In this document: in pieces, positions 16,680-20,000 of the stretch
Numbering within the stretch: the first letter of the stretch is position 1
Layout of the letters: the number at the start of each line of letters is the position of its first letter
Source of the DNA: an uncultured virus (IMG/VR IMGVR_UViG_3300013741_000003)
Taxonomy: Duplodnaviria > Heunggongvirae > Uroviricota > Caudoviricetes
Direction: 5' to 3' (one strand)
IMG/VR virus record: IMGVR_UViG_3300013741_000003
Length of the DNA: 20,000 nucleotides
Position numbers and translations under genes: made by a program
Notes under the pieces: model-generated
Told to the model about the DNA's origin: nothing
Database searches by the model: none
The model's input: the letters and a program-made list of their open reading frames with translations, nothing else

Positions 16680-17576
16680 TTAAAACACACCTTCTTCCAT
16701 AAATTTAGAAAGACGCTTATTTTCATCATAGAAGTATAAATCCATATCTTCTAATGGTTTACCTTCATATTTTTTAATAAATTCCGCCATAACTGATGTT
16801 GGAACCATTTTAAACTCACGGCTACCATTCACACCTTCTTTTACAAAATATGCTTTTTCGAATGGTTTCACCAAATCAAACTTTTCAACCCTAACCTGAT
16901 AACCTAAGTCAGATGCTAATTTTTGAATTTCTTCAATATCGTAATTCTTATCTTCAAAAAATACTTCATCCGAAGAAAGACTATAAATATCTTTTTCTTC
17001 TACACCTTTATCAAAAACAGATAAGATGATTTGTTCCATCATGTATTTTTGCACCTGTTGCTGACGAGCAGCAGATAAACCACCAAAAATAACCTGTCTT
17101 GAAATCTTACTTTCTAGTAATACTTCATTAAAATCTCGACTTTTAGCAAAACTATTAAAATCTTTAAAACCATCAAAAATTTCAGGCATAACAAACATAA
17201 ATGATTGAAAGTTAGCTTTTACCAGATCGATACTAATATAACGCTTACCCTCATTACCTGTGACGTACAGATCTTTGCTCTTAATATTAAGTTTCTTGTT
17301 AAAGCGAGACATATCCATTTTAGTAAATGCTTGATACTCAGGCTTTGCTGATAAATATTGCAGTGTTTCATTAAGTTTTTGAGAGTTATGCTTAAACAGA
17401 CCTTCACCATACTTTTGATACACTTTTTTAAAGATTTCATATTTACGTACTGTATCAAAATAAGGATTTAACAGATTTAAAAAATAGGTAAAGTATGGCT
17501 CTTTATCAACAGCGATAGGCAACTTGAAGTTGCGAATAAAATTTTTATTAAACCGTTGCTGTTCTAATGTATTCAT
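16680..17576 (-). CDS. Putative minimal palm-domain polymerase/nucleotidyltransferase-like protein (298 aa from MNTLEQ)
   Basis: AAGGAG RBS before the ATG at 17576; promoter TTGTGC-17-TATAAT at 17605-17633 lies inside the longer track ORF; motifs YISIDLVKANF, SKISRQVIFG and YSLSSDEVFF. ORF is secure, function tentative. Confidence 0.55.
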   Translation of the reverse strand: MNTLEQQRFNKNFIRNFKLPIAVDKEPYFTYFLNLLNPYFDTVRKYEIFKKVYQKYGEGLFKHNSQKLNETLQYLSAKPEYQAFTKMDMSRFNKKLNIKSKDLYVTGNEGKRYISIDLVKANFQSFMFVMPEIFDGFKDFNSFAKSRDFNEVLLESKISRQVIFGGLSAARQQQVQKYMMEQIILSVFDKGVEEKDIYSLSSDEVFFEDKNYDIEEIQKLASDLGYQVRVEKFDLVKPFEKAYFVKEGVNGSREFKMVPTSVMAEFIKKYEGKPLEDMDLYFYDENKRLSKFMEEGVF

Positions 17577-17712
17577 CGTTATACTCCTTTTAAAATATGT
17601 TGTCATTATACATTGTTTTTTTATGATGCACAACCTTTTTTCATTGTCATATTTGTTTTTTTTACATATAATGAATTGATATATTTCAATTATTTTTATA
17701 AAAGGTTTTTAT

Positions 17713-18075
17713 ATGAAAGATACAGAAAAAGAATTAAGAGAAAAACTTGGTATTACAGATCCGTTACAATTACTTCCAGTGGATGGTAGTATTATTCCAA
17801 CAGAAAAAATTCAAAGAGATTTTACGTCTAAAATTTCTGATGATTTTCTAGCAGAACTTATGAAGGATAGAAAGTTAAGCACTGAGCAACAGCAACAAGT
17901 GTTAAATTCAGTTAAAAATGATAACGCTACTGTTATTGAAGGGCACTCATCAATTAATTCAAGTAATAAAAAAGAAACATTTTCTGAACGTTTTAAAGAT
18001 GCTCAAAGAAGGATTCAATTAGAAGAAACTCATAAAGTAATATCTATAAATAATTCTTTAGTGAAATTAAAATAA
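17713..18075 (+). CDS. Hypothetical protein (120 aa)
   Basis: AAGG RBS; promoter TTGTCA-17-TATAAT at 17644-17672, back-to-back with the 17605-17633 promoter. Confidence 0.75.
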   Translation: MKDTEKELREKLGITDPLQLLPVDGSIIPTEKIQRDFTSKISDDFLAELMKDRKLSTEQQQQVLNSVKNDNATVIEGHSSINSSNKKETFSERFKDAQRRIQLEETHKVISINNSLVKLK

Positions 18076-18089
18076 CTAACAAATGATAA

Positions 18090-18120
18090 ATAATAGCAAA
18101 CGCCTCTGCTATTATTTTTT
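18090..18120. terminator. Terminator between convergent genes
   Basis: ATAATAGCA-AACGCCTC-TGCTATTAT followed by a T run. Confidence 0.6.
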
Positions 18121-18568
18121 ATACTTTAGGTTTTCTTGATTTCTTAGGCTCTACAATATATGGCTTAAAAAGAGCTTGGCCTTCTTTGGTTAAAGTTTCA
18201 CTTACAACAAGGTTCTTTTTAAACTTTTCCTTTACTACTGATAACAACTGATTACCATAACCTTTCATTCTTTCTTCTTGTTTTGTATAAGCTGTCACGA
18301 TGACATTATTTTCAACATTTCTTTTAGCATCTTTTAAATAAACTACTATTGCGCTAACAGGCTTATCATCTTTGTACAACAAAAAGCGATGTGAATATTC
18401 TGATTTACATATTTTTATTCCATTACCAAGATCTTTTACTTTTTCATTCATGTACAGTCTAAAAGCTGCTATTGAGTTAGGCTCAGCAAGTATAGATATA
18501 CCAGATCCTTCATTAAACCCTGTTTCATCTATTGGTAAGTTATTTCTTATTGGTAGCCCATCATTCAT
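18119..18568 (-). CDS. GNAT-family N-acetyltransferase
   Basis: Acetyl-CoA binding motif A: IVTAYTKQEERMKGYGNQLL; C-terminal LTKEGQALF; GAGGA RBS. Confidence 0.8.
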   Translation of the reverse strand: MNDGLPIRNNLPIDETGFNEGSGISILAEPNSIAAFRLYMNEKVKDLGNGIKICKSEYSHRFLLYKDDKPVSAIVVYLKDAKRNVENNVIVTAYTKQEERMKGYGNQLLSVVKEKFKKNLVVSETLTKEGQALFKPYIVEPKKSRKPKV

Positions 18569-18620
18569 ATATTTCCTCCTATTTTCTATATTATCTTAAA
18601 TATTCTTAATTTGGTCAAAC

Positions 18621-18648
18621 AAAAAAGGCCACTTTGAAGTGACCTTTT
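18621..18648 (-). terminator. Intrinsic terminator
   Basis: Minus strand AAAAGGTCACTT-CA-AAGTGGCCTTTTTT. Confidence 0.75.
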
Positions 18649-18662
18649 ATTTTTATTTTCTT

Positions 18663-19118
18663 TTAACTCATTTTTATTTCAAATTTATTACCTTGTTCAT
18701 CATAATAAAAAGCTTTTAAAAACTTAATACCAGCAAAATAACGATCATCTTCTGTTGGCATACCCATATCAAAACTATACCAGATATCATAATCTTTATT
18801 ATTTTTCTTGAAGGTTATTACATCGTTACTATCATCTACCTGAATATCATCGAACTCTTCAAGATATTCTTCTTTCTCTTCAAGATAAAGTTGATTATAG
18901 GGAATACCATAACCTTTTCGAGCTTCTTCAATTTCTTTTTCACAAATAGCAAAACAACGCATTAAAATTTCTACATCTTCTTTGCTTACATCATTATAAG
19001 ACATTGGTGATGTAACATTCCAAGAGTCATGCTCATTAACGTCTGTATGAGCTTCCTTATAATGAATTTCAAGAAAATTTTTAGGATTTTGGGAATCTAC
19101 AGGGATGAATTCAATCAT
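18663..19118 (-). CDS. Hypothetical acidic protein (151 aa)
   Basis: Starts 1 nt after the upstream stop; AAGGAAG RBS. Confidence 0.8.
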   Translation of the reverse strand: MIEFIPVDSQNPKNFLEIHYKEAHTDVNEHDSWNVTSPMSYNDVSKEDVEILMRCFAICEKEIEEARKGYGIPYNQLYLEEKEEYLEEFDDIQVDDSNDVITFKKNNKDYDIWYSFDMGMPTEDDRYFAGIKFLKAFYYDEQGNKFEIKMS

Positions 19119-19119
19119 T

Positions 19120-19326
19120 TTACTTCCTTATTTTTTTCCATTTACTTACAGCATTTTCACCAAAACGTTTAGGCGCATTACCATTCCATGAAGCAATAAC
19201 GTGATTTTCGTGAACTTCAATGATTTTAACTGGATAAATAGAAATCGTTTTTAACGTGGTATTCCCCATTTTTGTTTTTTCTACGTTGAAAACAAGATCG
19301 CCGGGTTTGAGAGAAGTTAATTTCAT
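19120..19326 (-). CDS. Small phage-type hypothetical protein (68 aa, true start MKLTSLKPGD)
   Basis: The N-terminal 23 aa of the track ORF come from IS end sequence. The ATG at 19326 opens a compact beta-rich protein (LKPGD-x-V...VIASWNGN). Confidence 0.75.
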   Translation of the reverse strand: MKLTSLKPGDLVFNVEKTKMGNTTLKTISIYPVKIIEVHENHVIASWNGNAPKRFGENAVSKWKKIRK

Positions 19327-20000
19327 CAAAATATTGAAACCTCGCCCCTTGGGGCGGGGTCCATGCATATTACTAATATGCATAGCTATACCCATCGAAA
19401 CGGTAAAGCATAACGCAGTTCTTCCAGCCTATTCCTTCTATTACGCCTTGTTTTACTTTTATATTAAAGCTACCACTTGACCTTACCGCTACTTTACCTT
19501 TATATGTTCCTTTTTTCTTTCCTTTCAATACCACAGCTTTCACTATATCGCCTGTTTTAAATCCTCGTACTATCTTAGATCCTTTCGCTTTCCCTCGCGG
19601 AAAGCCATATTTATCCACTAAACACATCTGCCTGTTATTTCTTCTTTCCTTTTTCATTAACAATGGTTTTAACTTAGGCGATATATACACCTTCGCTCCC
19701 GTTGTGCCTGCGCACAACGCATCTATATAATGTTCTTTAGGGTATTTCTGGCTTACCCTGTTATACTTCGTTTCTGCTCCTGTCCCCGTCAGAACAGGCA
19801 CATTTAAAGCAGATAGTTCTTTTACGATTTGTTTACGGGTTATATTGACCGTTGCCGCATCTTTTAACGAACTTTTTAACTGTGCCTTTATCTTTTTCAA
19901 TAACGCAGGGTTATCCTTTAAGTATTCCTCAATTGGTAAGTTATCTTTTTTCTGGTTACAATCATGACACGATAACACCAGATTGCTTATTCTGTTACTT
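19327..20000 (-). mobile_element. IS200/IS605-family IscB element (partial; other end outside window)
   Basis: Abrupt GC increase; iscB ORF; subterminal GC hairpin ACCTCGCCCC-TT-GGGGCGGGGT at 19339-19360; plus-strand junction TTCAT|CAAAATATTGAAA-hairpin fits IS200/IS605 left-end architecture. Confidence 0.85.
19373..20000 (-). CDS. iscB: RNA-guided endonuclease IscB, C-terminal part (5' truncated by window)
   Basis: Frame open to the window edge: SNRISNLVLSCHDCNQKK (HNH end), LKDAATVN, G-x-x-TKYNR, KEHYIDALC (RuvC III), RQMC-x-x-DKYGFPR, GF-x-TGDIVKA, DGYSY C-terminus. Confidence 0.92.
   Translation of the reverse strand, partial: SNRISNLVLSCHDCNQKKDNLPIEEYLKDNPALLKKIKAQLKSSLKDAATVNITRKQIVKELSALNVPVLTGTGAETKYNRVSQKYPKEHYIDALCAGTTGAKVYISPKLKPLLMKKERRNNRQMCLVDKYGFPRGKAKGSKIVRGFKTGDIVKAVVLKGKKKGTYKGKVAVRSSGSFNIKVKQGVIEGIGWKNCVMLYRFDGYSYAY

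Noticed and set aside
19334..19337. TCAA after the hairpin on the minus strand as an IS right-end cleavage site
   Set aside because: Possible, but the TTCAT|CAAAA junction fits left-end architecture and IscB 3' TAM logic better; needs an empty-site allele to settle
17219..19480. Track ORFs 17219..17458 (-), 18372..18599 (+), 19256..19480 (+)
   Set aside because: Out-of-frame or antisense overlaps with better-supported genes and the IS end
1..20000. CRISPR array, tRNA or rRNA genes
   Set aside because: No regularly spaced repeats or cloverleaf/rRNA-like segments seen; intergenic spaces are short and explained by promoters and terminators. The IscB omegaRNA would lie beyond base 20000.

Overview
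Very AT-rich (by eye below 30% GC), densely coded accessory region of a large mobile element, either a jumbo phage or a megaplasmid of a probable enterobacterial/gammaproteobacterial host. No core phage or plasmid replication gene lies in the window to decide which. Most genes are short minus-strand ORFans in 1-3 gene units with near-consensus sigma70 promoters and intrinsic terminators. Recognisable elements: (1) an orphan type IV pilin cassette of two tandem PilS-like major pilins and a divergent shufflon-type PilV adhesin, with no sfx site, no recombinase and no assembly genes in the window; (2) a stand-alone DUF262 protein; (3) a small protein with palm-polymerase-like motifs next to a NUDT16-like Nudix hydrolase and an internally duplicated protein; (4) a GNAT acetyltransferase; (5) the 3' part of an IS200/IS605 IscB element whose end abuts ATGAA, the start codon of the next gene. 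The ORF track missed two paralogous ~50-aa basic 'RVEKFD' microproteins, a 46-aa membrane peptide and a long ORF running off the left edge. A 10-N assembly gap lies at 6576-6585.
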